From: Verrucomicrobiota bacterium | GTDB taxonomy: Bacteria; Verrucomicrobiota; Verrucomicrobiia; Limisphaerales; UBA11358 | DNA length: 64,000 nucleotides | Reading direction: 5' to 3' | Assembly: GCA_028872915.1 (NCBI GenBank) | Contig: JAGWNY010000007.1 | Span: 11,820 to 75,819 of the forward strand | Shown: piece by piece, positions 18,744 to 27,849 of the stretch | Position numbering within the stretch: the first letter of the stretch is position 1 | How the letters are laid out: every line of letters starts with the position of its first letter | Position numbers and translations under genes: made by a program | The notes under the pieces: generated by a model | What the model saw: the letters and a program-made list of their open reading frames with translations, nothing else | Told to the model about the DNA's origin: nothing | Database searches by the model: none

Positions 18744-21700
18744 GGCGGGGCCATGCGGTTGGCCGGGTCGTGCTTGCTTGATTTTTGATCCCGCCGGTAA
18801 ACAGCAATTGACGGCCGTTGTGACTCCAATTCGACCGTCCGGCGGGCAGCGAAAAAATGGAGGCTGCAACGGGTGACCGGGCGGCAATAAATCCTTTGCA
18901 ACGCGGCGGCGTAAAGGTTCAACTGCGGCGTGTAGAAACGGATTTTTTCGGGCAAGGCGGCGGCGCTCACGGCATCGGTTTTGAAATCGAGGAGATGGAT
19001 GGCGTTGGGCAGAAGGACGACCAGATCGGCAACGCCCTGGACGACGATGAATTCGTCATTGAGATCGGGGAAAGCCGGCATTCCAAAAATTTCGTCCAAT
19101 TCACGGGGGAGGAACTTTGCGGTGAAAGGCAATTCACGGCGGACGCAATGAGGCTGCAATCGGATGTCACCGCCAAGGGCAGAATTCCAAAATGCCAGGA
19201 TGTTTTCGAGGTTCAAGGACCTGGATTCTTCGGGGGAGAGGATGTCCGCCGTTTGCAGGCGGGAGGCTTCCGATTTGAGAAATTTCAAATTCAAATCCGC
19301 GGCAAAGTGAAAATGTTGAAGGAACTTGTGATGCGCGACGCCGACGACGGCGGCTCCGACTGCGGCCGGGATTGCGGGCGGGGGAAAAAGGGCAACGGAT
19401 TCATTCCCGTCATCGGTCTGCCGCGCCTGATGACGCAGAGCCGTCACGGAGGATTTGGCGGGACGTTGGGTTGCGGCGATGAACGGGTATTTCCACGCGA
19501 GAATACGCGGCAATTTCTCCGGGAGCGGAGGCAGCGGAGGGTATGTTGCGACGGTCGGCGGAGGATTGGCCGACAAGGCGTGATCGCCGATGATGCGCCA
19601 GCGGAGATGGGGCCATTGGCCTTCCACCGTCTCCGTAGCGCCGTTCAACGGCTTTTGCGTTGCGGCCCAAAGGACAAGCCAATCCGCGCAACTGTTGGCT
19701 GTGAGAATGTCGCGTATGGAGATGACCGGACGGTTTTCGAAGGCCGTCCGCCATTTTTTTTCTGAAATGCCCGCAGTCAGCAGAAGGCGGTCACGGGCGC
19801 GGGTCACGGCCACGTAGAGCAGGCGCAGCTCCTCGCCAATCAGTTCGCGACGCTGATTTTTTCGCGCCTGCCAAAGGCCCAAAGAGGGGTAGGAGGCCGG
19901 AACGCCCGGTAAATTGACCCTGGAACAAAGACCGAGATTTTCGTCAAAGATGATGTCCTGGGTCAGATCGCGGATGTTAAATCTTCTGGCCAGGCCGGCC
20001 ACGGCCACGATGGGAAATTCAAGTCCCTTGGCCTGGTGAATGCTCATCAGCCGGACGGCATTTTCGGAGGCAACCAGGGCGACCTCGGGTTCGCCGGCGG
20101 TTTCCACGAACTTGAGGAAATCGGGGATGCGGTTGCCGCCTGGCGCGCCGCTGAAGCGTTCCAGGAGGGCTTGAAAGCGGCCGACATTGGCGTGGCGGCG
20201 GGTGCCATCGGGCCGGGAGCGGAGCCAGTCGGCATAACGGGTTTCCTGGAGGATTTCCTCGAGACATTGGCCGGGTGAAACCCGCGCGGCGAGGGCGCGC
20301 CAGCGCGCCAAGGAGTCAAGAAATTTTACAGCCCTGGCGCGCGCGGCGCCGGGAAGGTGGGCGCCGGGACGGCGGCTTTCGGATAGGGCGAACCAAAAGC
20401 ACCCGGCCCGCAGCAGCCGGATTTGGGCCAGTTCGTCCAGGGAAAAACCAGCGAGAGGCGAACGGAGAACGGCAATGAGCGGAACGTCCTGAAGCGGGTT
20501 GTCGAGCAGTTGCAACAGGCTGAACAGGTCGGTGATTTCGGGATTTTGATAAAATCCGCCGCGCTCGACGGCGAGCGGAACGCCGGCGCATTCGAATTGG
20601 CGGCAAAAGACGGCGGCGGTGGACGCGGGCGCGCGCAGCAAAACGGCCATGTCACGCCAGTCGGCGGGCCGAAACGAGCGCGTGTGATTGTCCCAAATTT
20701 CGTCGCGGGCGTCCTTGAGTTCGCGGAGGCGTAGCGCAAGCATCCGCGCCTCTTTTTCAAGATTGTCCAAATCGGCCACGTCGTCATTGCCTTCTCCGGA
20801 TGAATCGGTGCCCGATCGTTTGGCAAAATGAAGCAGCCATTCGGCCCTGGGGCCTGGATCGGCGATCAATGTGGGGCGCGTTTGCGGCGAGCCGAATTGA
20901 AGACGGGCATCCGGTCCGTAGTCCACGCCGCCCAGTTCGGCCCGCATCAGCGGCTCAAATAATGAATTGATAAAGGAAAGCAGGGCGGGTCGGCTGCGGA
21001 AATTTTCCGCCAATGGAATAGTTTGGCCGGTCGCGCCGTTCCATTGGCGGGCGTAGGCGCGGAAAATGGTGGGATCGGCGAGGCGAAAGCGGAAGATGCT
21101 TTGTTTGACGTCGCCGACGAGAAAACGATTGCCCGGGGGGCCGTCGGCGGACGTGTCATTGCGGCTGAGGGCGGAAATGATTTTGTCCTGGGCGGCGTTT
21201 ATGTCCTGATATTCATCCACGAAAATGAACCGGAATTTCCTGCGCCATTGATGGGCAACGGACGTGGGCGATTCGGATGAAAAATCCCAAAGCAATTTGA
21301 GCGAAAATTGTTCGAGGTCATGAAAATCCAGCAAGCTTTCGGCGCGTTTACGCGTGGAAAATCGGCGCTCAAATTCACGGGCCAATTCGAGCAGGGTTTT
21401 CACGCGGCCGCGAACGCAGTCCCAATCCTGGACGAGCGGATCGCCACGGCCGGAGGGCGCAAGAGAATGGAGAAACGCGGCGTCATCGAAAAATTCCTCA
21501 AGCGGCTTTCGAAATTTTTTGGTTCCGTGCGGCCAATTGGAGTCAGCCGCGCGGATTTGCGCCAGAACGGATTGATCGGCGGCGGGCGACTTCAAGATCG
21601 CGAGGCATTCGGCGGCTTTGGGATTGTCTTGTTCCGGATTTTGGAGAACGGGGGTCCATTCCAAGCGCCACTTGGCTATGGCCTGCGGATACTTCTGGCG

Positions 21701-22321
21701 CCATTGAACCGGCTCGGCATTCGCGCATTCCTCAATTTGACGTTTGAGCCAGCGGTCCGGGTCGGGACGCGTTTGGAGAAAATGGTGAATGCGCAGGAGC
21801 AGGTCGCGAATGGGGTCATCGCGCCCGGCGCCACGGGCAACGATTAATTCCCGAACGGCAGCGGAAAAGGGGTCGTCGCGCTCATAACAGGACTCAAAGA
21901 GTTGATTGAGCGTTTCGGCGGCCAACAGATGGGCCTGGCCTTCGTCGGCAACCGAAAGCTGCGGGTCGAGGCTGAGGTCCAAACAATGTTCGCGGACCAA
22001 CTTGAAACAGAAGGCGTGGAGAGTGCCGATGTGGGCGGCGTCAAAGAGGGCAAGTTGTTCGGCGCGGTGCGCAGCGACGGGGGAATTTTCGAGCGCCGAG
22101 CGGAGGCGTCGGCGCATTTCTGCGGCGGCGGCTTCGGTAAAGGTGACGATGAGGATTTCATCCAGCGAAACGTTTTCATGCAGAAGCAGTTGGAGGCAGC
22201 GGGAGACCAGGATATGCGTCTTGCCCGTGCCCGCGCCGGCCATGACGAGGATGTTGCCGCGGGCGGCGACGGCGCGCTGTTGCGCGGGCGTCAGCAATTG
22301 CGGCTGGCACGTTTGATCCAC
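18740..22321 (-). CDS. UvrD/Rep-type helicase fused to a PD-(D/E)XK nuclease (AddA/RecB-like)
   Basis: 1193 aa. Walker A VMAGAGTGKTH; helicase motifs FVDEYQDIN, VGDVKQSIFRFR and VRLMSIHQAKGLEFP, then LLYVAVTRARDRL. The C-terminal nuclease motif is VQGVADLVVLL...HLLDFKTD. GTG start at 22319-22321. Confidence 0.8.
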   Translation of the reverse strand: MDQTCQPQLLTPAQQRAVAARGNILVMAGAGTGKTHILVSRCLQLLLHENVSLDEILIVTFTEAAAAEMRRRLRSALENSPVAAHRAEQLALFDAAHIGTLHAFCFKLVREHCLDLSLDPQLSVADEGQAHLLAAETLNQLFESCYERDDPFSAAVRELIVARGAGRDDPIRDLLLRIHHFLQTRPDPDRWLKRQIEECANAEPVQWRQKYPQAIAKWRLEWTPVLQNPEQDNPKAAECLAILKSPAADQSVLAQIRAADSNWPHGTKKFRKPLEEFFDDAAFLHSLAPSGRGDPLVQDWDCVRGRVKTLLELAREFERRFSTRKRAESLLDFHDLEQFSLKLLWDFSSESPTSVAHQWRRKFRFIFVDEYQDINAAQDKIISALSRNDTSADGPPGNRFLVGDVKQSIFRFRLADPTIFRAYARQWNGATGQTIPLAENFRSRPALLSFINSLFEPLMRAELGGVDYGPDARLQFGSPQTRPTLIADPGPRAEWLLHFAKRSGTDSSGEGNDDVADLDNLEKEARMLALRLRELKDARDEIWDNHTRSFRPADWRDMAVLLRAPASTAAVFCRQFECAGVPLAVERGGFYQNPEITDLFSLLQLLDNPLQDVPLIAVLRSPLAGFSLDELAQIRLLRAGCFWFALSESRRPGAHLPGAARARAVKFLDSLARWRALAARVSPGQCLEEILQETRYADWLRSRPDGTRRHANVGRFQALLERFSGAPGGNRIPDFLKFVETAGEPEVALVASENAVRLMSIHQAKGLEFPIVAVAGLARRFNIRDLTQDIIFDENLGLCSRVNLPGVPASYPSLGLWQARKNQRRELIGEELRLLYVAVTRARDRLLLTAGISEKKWRTAFENRPVISIRDILTANSCADWLVLWAATQKPLNGATETVEGQWPHLRWRIIGDHALSANPPPTVATYPPLPPLPEKLPRILAWKYPFIAATQRPAKSSVTALRHQARQTDDGNESVALFPPPAIPAAVGAAVVGVAHHKFLQHFHFAADLNLKFLKSEASRLQTADILSPEESRSLNLENILAFWNSALGGDIRLQPHCVRRELPFTAKFLPRELDEIFGMPAFPDLNDEFIVVQGVADLVVLLPNAIHLLDFKTDAVSAAALPEKIRFYTPQLNLYAAALQRIYCRPVTRCSLHFFAARRTVELESQRPSIAVYRRDQKSSKHDPANRMAPP

Positions 22322-22421
22322 AGCCGGAGGCTAACGCGAAAAGGATGGTGCGAAAAGCGGAACATCGTTGGCGGGCGCATCCTGCGTTGCGCGGGGTGCG
22401 AGGTTTGTTTAATTTCGGGCC

Positions 22422-23171
22422 ATGCCGTCTTGGATTCGAGTTTGTGTGATTTTTTGCGCCGTTTTGTTGGCAATTGCCTTGAACGGATGCATGCCGGGAC
22501 AGGGAAATGGGGATGATGAAAAGGAGCCGCATTATCTGCTGGGAGAAAGTCGTCTCAATGCCATGGATTATGCGGGGGCCGCGCGGGCATTTGAGGAATC
22601 GCTGGAAGTGAACCCGCACTCCGCCGCGGCGCATTATCAATTGGCGATGCTCTATGACACGCAGGCGCCCGATCCGGCGGCGGCGATCTATCACTACGAA
22701 CAGTATCTGAAATACGATCCGAACGCGCCCAATGCCGTGATCGTGACGCAGAGAATTGAGGCGTGCAAGGAACAATTGGCATCGGACGTGCTGGCGTTGC
22801 CGTCGTCCTCCTCGACGGAACAGCAATTGGAAAAGTTAATCGCGCAAAATCATGAATTGCAGGATGAAGTGAATAAATGGCGCCAGGCGTATAACGCGCT
22901 GCATTCCGCGCAAATGGGAGCTGCCGCGCCCGTGGCGACCGCGACAGCGCCGGCAGCGGGCCTGGAACCCGCCCCGCCGCCGCGCACGGTCACTGAACCG
23001 GCGAAAGCGGCGGGGACGCCGGCCCAATGGCATCGGGTTGTGCCGGGCGAGACGGCCATGGCCATTTGCCGCGAATACGGCATCCGGTTTACGTCTCTGG
23101 AAGCGGCGAATCCGGGAGTAAATCTGACGCGGCTCCGGGTGGGCCAGATGTTGAAGGTTCCGCGGGGGTAA
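22422..23171 (+). CDS. Lipoprotein with TPR repeat, coiled coil and C-terminal LysM domain
   Basis: Lipobox LAIALNGC after a hydrophobic leader. TPR-like AARAFEESLEVNPHSAAAHYQLAMLY. The LysM-like end is HRVVPGETAMAICREYGIRFTSLEAANPGVNLTRLRVGQMLKVP. Confidence 0.75.
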   Translation: MPSWIRVCVIFCAVLLAIALNGCMPGQGNGDDEKEPHYLLGESRLNAMDYAGAARAFEESLEVNPHSAAAHYQLAMLYDTQAPDPAAAIYHYEQYLKYDPNAPNAVIVTQRIEACKEQLASDVLALPSSSSTEQQLEKLIAQNHELQDEVNKWRQAYNALHSAQMGAAAPVATATAPAAGLEPAPPPRTVTEPAKAAGTPAQWHRVVPGETAMAICREYGIRFTSLEAANPGVNLTRLRVGQMLKVPRG

Positions 23172-23183
23172 AAAGATATTAAC

Positions 23184-24131
23184 ATGGTCATTTCATTTGA
23201 AGACGCGCGGGCGACCTACCAAAGAATCGCCGGCAACATTGCGAAAGTCATGCGGGGACAGTCGGGGTCCACGCGTTATCTGCTCGCCGCGCTGGCCAGC
23301 GGCGGGCATGTGTTGCTGGAGGATTTTCCTGGCACGGGCAAGACGACTCTGGCCAAGGCGCTCGCGCGTTCGATTGACGCGCGGTTCAAACGCATCCAGT
23401 TTACGCCGGACCTTCTGCCGTCGGACATCGTGGGGGTTTCGATTTTCAATCAACGCGACCAGCAGTTTCATTTTCACGAGGGGCCTGTGTTCACGGACGT
23501 GCTGCTGGCCGACGAGATCAACCGCGCGTCACCCCGGACCCAGTCGGCGCTGCTGGAGGCGATGGGTGAGAGCCAGGTGAGCGTGGAGGGAGAACGGAGG
23601 AGTTTGTCTCAAATGTTTTTTGTGATGGCGACGCAAAACCCGGTGGAATTTCGGGGAACCTACCCGCTTCCGGAGGCGCAGATGGACCGGTTTGCGATGC
23701 AATTTACGCTTGGCTACGTGGCGCCATCGGAGGAAGTGGCAATTCTCACGGCGCAGGAACATAATCATCCGCTGGAATTTTTGGCGCCATGCGCGTCGGT
23801 GGGGGAGGTTCTGGCGCTGAAGGAGGCGGTGGAAAACATACGCGTCAGCCCGGAACTGAAGCGGTACGCGGTGGACATTGTATCGGCAACGCGCGAGGCG
23901 AACGGGGTGCAATTGGGGGCCAGCCCGCGGGCGTCCATCGCATTGATGAAGACGGCGCAGGCGCTGGCATTGTTCGACGGGCGGGATTATGTGACGCCGG
24001 AGCAAATTCAATCGCTGGCGGCGCCGGTGGTGGCACACCGGCTGGTGCTGGAACCGAAGGCGCGTTTTTCGGGGGTGACAGCGCAAGGTATCGTGGAGGA
24101 GATTTTGAAAAAGCTCAAAGTGCCGGCGTAA
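23184..24131 (+). CDS. MoxR-family AAA+ ATPase
   Basis: HVLLEDFPGTGKTTLAKALA (Walker A), VLLADEINRASPRTQSALLEAM (Walker B/sensor) and FFVMATQNPVEFRGTYPLPEAQMDRF, a canonical MoxR/RavA-type sequence. Confidence 0.92.
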   Translation: MVISFEDARATYQRIAGNIAKVMRGQSGSTRYLLAALASGGHVLLEDFPGTGKTTLAKALARSIDARFKRIQFTPDLLPSDIVGVSIFNQRDQQFHFHEGPVFTDVLLADEINRASPRTQSALLEAMGESQVSVEGERRSLSQMFFVMATQNPVEFRGTYPLPEAQMDRFAMQFTLGYVAPSEEVAILTAQEHNHPLEFLAPCASVGEVLALKEAVENIRVSPELKRYAVDIVSATREANGVQLGASPRASIALMKTAQALALFDGRDYVTPEQIQSLAAPVVAHRLVLEPKARFSGVTAQGIVEEILKKLKVPA

Positions 24132-24223
24132 AGCGGCGCGAAGACGCGGAAGGGCCGGCGGCGAGGGGCGCAAATTGTGGAAGCAGCGGCGGCCCGCATG
24201 GTGTAGATTGCGGGCATTCGGCC

Positions 24224-25564
24224 ATGAATCCCGTTTTCCGATTGTTTTACGTGCTTTACCGCGCCGGGGCGGCGTTGAAGCATTGGTCGAGGCGCCGGTT
24301 CACCAAAGCGGGTCTTTTTGTAGCGGGCGGTTTTCTCGTGAGCGGCTCGGTGGGAACGGACGTGGAGAACACGGTTGTTTACGAGGCCTTTGCGCTGTTG
24401 CTGGGGCTGCTGTTGCTGGCGCTTGCGGGAAGCTGGTTTTTCCGGGGCGAATTTTCAATCACACGCTCGTTGCCGCGTTTTGGAACCGCAGGCGAGAGGC
24501 TGCGATATCGTGTTCGGGTGACTAATCGGGGCAGGAGGATTCAGAAGGACTTGACGCTGCTGGAAAATCTGGTGGACCCGCGGCCCAGCTTCAAGGAATG
24601 GATTGGATTTCAGCGGGCGGAGGGGCGGGGGCGGTGGTTTCGCACGAAGCCATTACGGCGGAAGCACCCGTTTCGGATGGCGTGGGTGAAGGAGGCGGCG
24701 ATGCCGGCGCTGGCGGCGAACGGAGAGGGAGAAACGGAAGTGGAGCTGCTGCCGTATCGGCGGGGGATATTGCGGCTGACCGGAACGACGCTTGCACGGT
24801 CGGACCCGATGGGACTGTTTCGATCATTTGTCCACGTCAAGGCGCCGCAAACGGTCTCGATTTTGCCGAGACGTTATCCGCTGGGAGCGGTTGCGTTGCC
24901 GGGAACCATGAAATACCAGGAAGGAGGGGTGGCACAGGCCTCGAACGTGGGGCGAAGCGATGAATTTGTTTCGCTGCGTGATTACCGGCGTGGGGACCCG
25001 GTGCGGTACATTCATTGGCGGAGTTGGGCAAAGGCGGGAAAACCCATCGTAAAGGAATTCGAGGACGAATTTTTTGTGCGTCACGCGCTGGTGCTGGACA
25101 CGTTCACGGACAATCCGCGAAGCGAACTGTTGGAAGAGGCCATTTCCGTGGCGGCATCGTTTGCATGCGAAGTGGTGACGCAGGAGTCACTGCTGGATTT
25201 GCTGTTCGTGGGCGCGCAATCGTATTGCTTCACAGCCGGCCGGAGTCTGGGGGGAACGGAGCAAATGCTGGAGATTCTTGCGGCGGTGGGTGGATGCACG
25301 AGAGGGTCGTTCGTGGCATTGGAAGAGTTGGTGCTGCGCCACATTGGGGCGGTGAGCGGCTGCATTTGTGTGTTGCTGGACTGGGATGGGCCGCGGCAAC
25401 AGCTTGTCAGGAAGTTGATGGAGATTGGCGTTCCGACACTGGTGCTGGTGGTGACGGATGGAGCGGGAAAAAAGCCGGAGCCGGGACCCATGCGGGAGGC
25501 GCCGGAACGATTTTGGGTGCTGGACGTGGGACAGATTGGAGAACAACTCGCGGCGTTGAAATGA
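24224..25564 (+). CDS. DUF58 family protein (MoxR partner, VWA-like)
   Basis: N-terminal TM pair, then SDEFVSLRDYRRGDPVRYIHWRSWAKAGKPIVKEFEDE, the hallmark DUF58 motif. ATG confirmed at 24224. The track ORF from 23789 is a glycine-rich readthrough overlapping moxR. Confidence 0.82.
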   Translation: MNPVFRLFYVLYRAGAALKHWSRRRFTKAGLFVAGGFLVSGSVGTDVENTVVYEAFALLLGLLLLALAGSWFFRGEFSITRSLPRFGTAGERLRYRVRVTNRGRRIQKDLTLLENLVDPRPSFKEWIGFQRAEGRGRWFRTKPLRRKHPFRMAWVKEAAMPALAANGEGETEVELLPYRRGILRLTGTTLARSDPMGLFRSFVHVKAPQTVSILPRRYPLGAVALPGTMKYQEGGVAQASNVGRSDEFVSLRDYRRGDPVRYIHWRSWAKAGKPIVKEFEDEFFVRHALVLDTFTDNPRSELLEEAISVAASFACEVVTQESLLDLLFVGAQSYCFTAGRSLGGTEQMLEILAAVGGCTRGSFVALEELVLRHIGAVSGCICVLLDWDGPRQQLVRKLMEIGVPTLVLVVTDGAGKKPEPGPMREAPERFWVLDVGQIGEQLAALK

Positions 25565-27699
25565 GAACTCCTCCCGGACTTTTGGGTGCCGCGGCCATGT
25601 TCTGGGGCTGGCAATCGGGCCTCGGGATGGCAGGCATCATCATGGCGGCGATTCTGGAAGGGGCGCCATTTGTTCGCACGCGGTGGGACCTTCAGGACAC
25701 GGACTTCGAACGGATTTGGAATTTCTGCACGCTGCTGTCATTGACGGTGCTGATCTACGCCTTTTCAAGCAACGAGGAAGGCGGAAGTTTTGGAGGACTT
25801 TTCCATGGAGCGGAGGCGCTGCATAACGCGACGGCCACCACATCGCGGACGGCGTCGGCGTTTCTGCGGTGGCTGCCTCTTGTGTTCTTGATGATGATTG
25901 TCTCGCAGCTTTATAGTGTTCGCCAGAGGGTGCCGTTGACGGCGGTGTCTCTGTGGCTGCGGCGGCGGAAGCGGCGGGAGATGAAGAGCGGGCAGGCGAT
26001 GACGCCTTTCGGAAGCATCAATCTGACGTATCCGTATTTCGTGACATGCCTTTTTTCGGCGGGCATTCATCCGCGGGAATTCAATGACGCGAGCCGCTTT
26101 TATTTTGTGGGGCAGGCGGCTTTGATTGCGTGGGCGCTGTGGAGGTTCCGGTCGCGGCGGTTTGGGAACGTTCTGTGGTGCCTGGCGATGCCGACGGCGA
26201 TAGCGGCTGGATTTGCAGGGCAATATGGCGTGTGGCAATTGCAGGGAGTGATTGCCGGCTACAATGCACAATGGATGGAGCGGCTGTTTCGCGGGCAAAC
26301 GGACCCCCGAAAGAGCATGACGGCCATCGGCGAGATAGGACAGTTGCAATTTTCGACCCGGATAGCGGTGCGGTTGAGAACGCCGCCGGGCCAGCCGCCG
26401 CCCGCGTATTTGCGGCAGGCGAGTTATGACAATTACCGGCGCGAGGTCTGGTTTGCCGGGCGCGCGCGGGACGAGTTTGCGCGAGTGCCGGAAGTAAACC
26501 AGACGACCTACGTGCTGGTGGGAGGGAAGACGAACACGGCCACGGTAAATATCGCCTGCTACTTGAATGGCTGGGACCAGGAACTCGGCAATCCGCAGGG
26601 TTTGGTGCCGCTGCCAACGGGTTGCGGGCGGCTTGAAAATATGTATGCCTACGAGCTGCAAAAAAACCCGGAGGGCGCTTTGCTGGCCGATGGCGCGCGG
26701 TTGCTGATTTTCGACGCGGATTACGGTCCAGGAGGAACGATGGATATGCCGCCCGGCGCGGGAGGAAGCGACCCGGACCTCTCGGTGCCGACGAATGAAG
26801 TTCCCGTATTGAAACAAGTGATGGCCGAAAACGGCCTGGAGGGGGAATCGGAAGGGCAAACGCTGCAAAACGTGCGGCGCTTTTTTGCCAGACGGTTCAC
26901 TTACACGCTGTGGCAGAGGCCGCCGGCCAGCCAGCGCACGAATGAAACACCCCTGGCCCGTTTTCTACTGCGAACACACAGAGGCCATTGCGAATACTTT
27001 GCCACCGCAACGGTCCTGTTGCTGCGGCAAATGGGCATTCCGGCGCGATACGCCGTCGGTTACCTCGTGCCGGACCGGGGCCGGGGCGGCAGTTATCTCG
27101 TTCGTGATTGCGATGCCCATGCCTGGTGCCTGGCGTGGGACGCGAACAAAAAACAATGGGAAGATTTTGACACTACGCCCTTTTCGGCGCTCAACGCCAT
27201 GGACCTCTTGCCGCCGTGGCAGTGGATGGCCGACATGCTGTCCAATGGCGCCTTTGAGTTTTCCAAATATCGCCTGGCATTGCAACGCCGCGACTGGCGG
27301 GCTTATTTGCTGCTCGCGCTTATTCCCGCTCTGGCGTTTCTCCTGTATCGTATTCTTTTCCGCCACGGGCGCAAGCAGCAGTGGCGCAAGATGCCGCGCC
27401 CTGTTGAAAACCTGGCCTGGCCTGGCCTGGACTCGGAGTTTTATGCGCTCGAAAGGAAGCTGGCGGAGCGGGGCGCGGCGCGGGGTGCGGGAGAACCGCT
27501 CGCGCAGTGGATCGAGCACGTCCTGCGGGACCCGACTCCCGAAGATTTTCGCGGAACGCTGCGCCGGGCCTTGGAATTGCATTACCGGCACCGGTTTGAT
27601 CCAAACGGATTGACGGCGTTGGAGCGCCGGCAGTTGGCTCAAGAGGCCGGCGCAGGGCTGGAGAGGCTTGCCGAACTGAACGGCCGGCATTCGGGGTAG
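25561..27699 (+). CDS. Transglutaminase-like membrane protein
   Basis: Several TM helices, then the transglutaminase core RGHCEYFATATVLLLRQMGIPARYAVGY...DAHAWCLAW (Cys-His-Asp). The ATG at 25561 overlaps the DUF58 stop in an ATGA junction. Confidence 0.85.
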   Translation: MRTPPGLLGAAAMFWGWQSGLGMAGIIMAAILEGAPFVRTRWDLQDTDFERIWNFCTLLSLTVLIYAFSSNEEGGSFGGLFHGAEALHNATATTSRTASAFLRWLPLVFLMMIVSQLYSVRQRVPLTAVSLWLRRRKRREMKSGQAMTPFGSINLTYPYFVTCLFSAGIHPREFNDASRFYFVGQAALIAWALWRFRSRRFGNVLWCLAMPTAIAAGFAGQYGVWQLQGVIAGYNAQWMERLFRGQTDPRKSMTAIGEIGQLQFSTRIAVRLRTPPGQPPPAYLRQASYDNYRREVWFAGRARDEFARVPEVNQTTYVLVGGKTNTATVNIACYLNGWDQELGNPQGLVPLPTGCGRLENMYAYELQKNPEGALLADGARLLIFDADYGPGGTMDMPPGAGGSDPDLSVPTNEVPVLKQVMAENGLEGESEGQTLQNVRRFFARRFTYTLWQRPPASQRTNETPLARFLLRTHRGHCEYFATATVLLLRQMGIPARYAVGYLVPDRGRGGSYLVRDCDAHAWCLAWDANKKQWEDFDTTPFSALNAMDLLPPWQWMADMLSNGAFEFSKYRLALQRRDWRAYLLLALIPALAFLLYRILFRHGRKQQWRKMPRPVENLAWPGLDSEFYALERKLAERGAARGAGEPLAQWIEHVLRDPTPEDFRGTLRRALELHYRHRFDPNGLTALERRQLAQEAGAGLERLAELNGRHSG

Positions 27700-27849
27700 C
27701 GGAAGCAGCGGAGGACTTTTTGCGGCGCGGAAGGCCATGGAATTTCAGAAACGACTCTTTTTTCCCACTTTTCCGAATTTATTGATTGACCGGCGATTTA
27801 AAAATGGGATAATAAGGACGCGGTAGTTGGAAAGCGGCAGCGGGAACCG

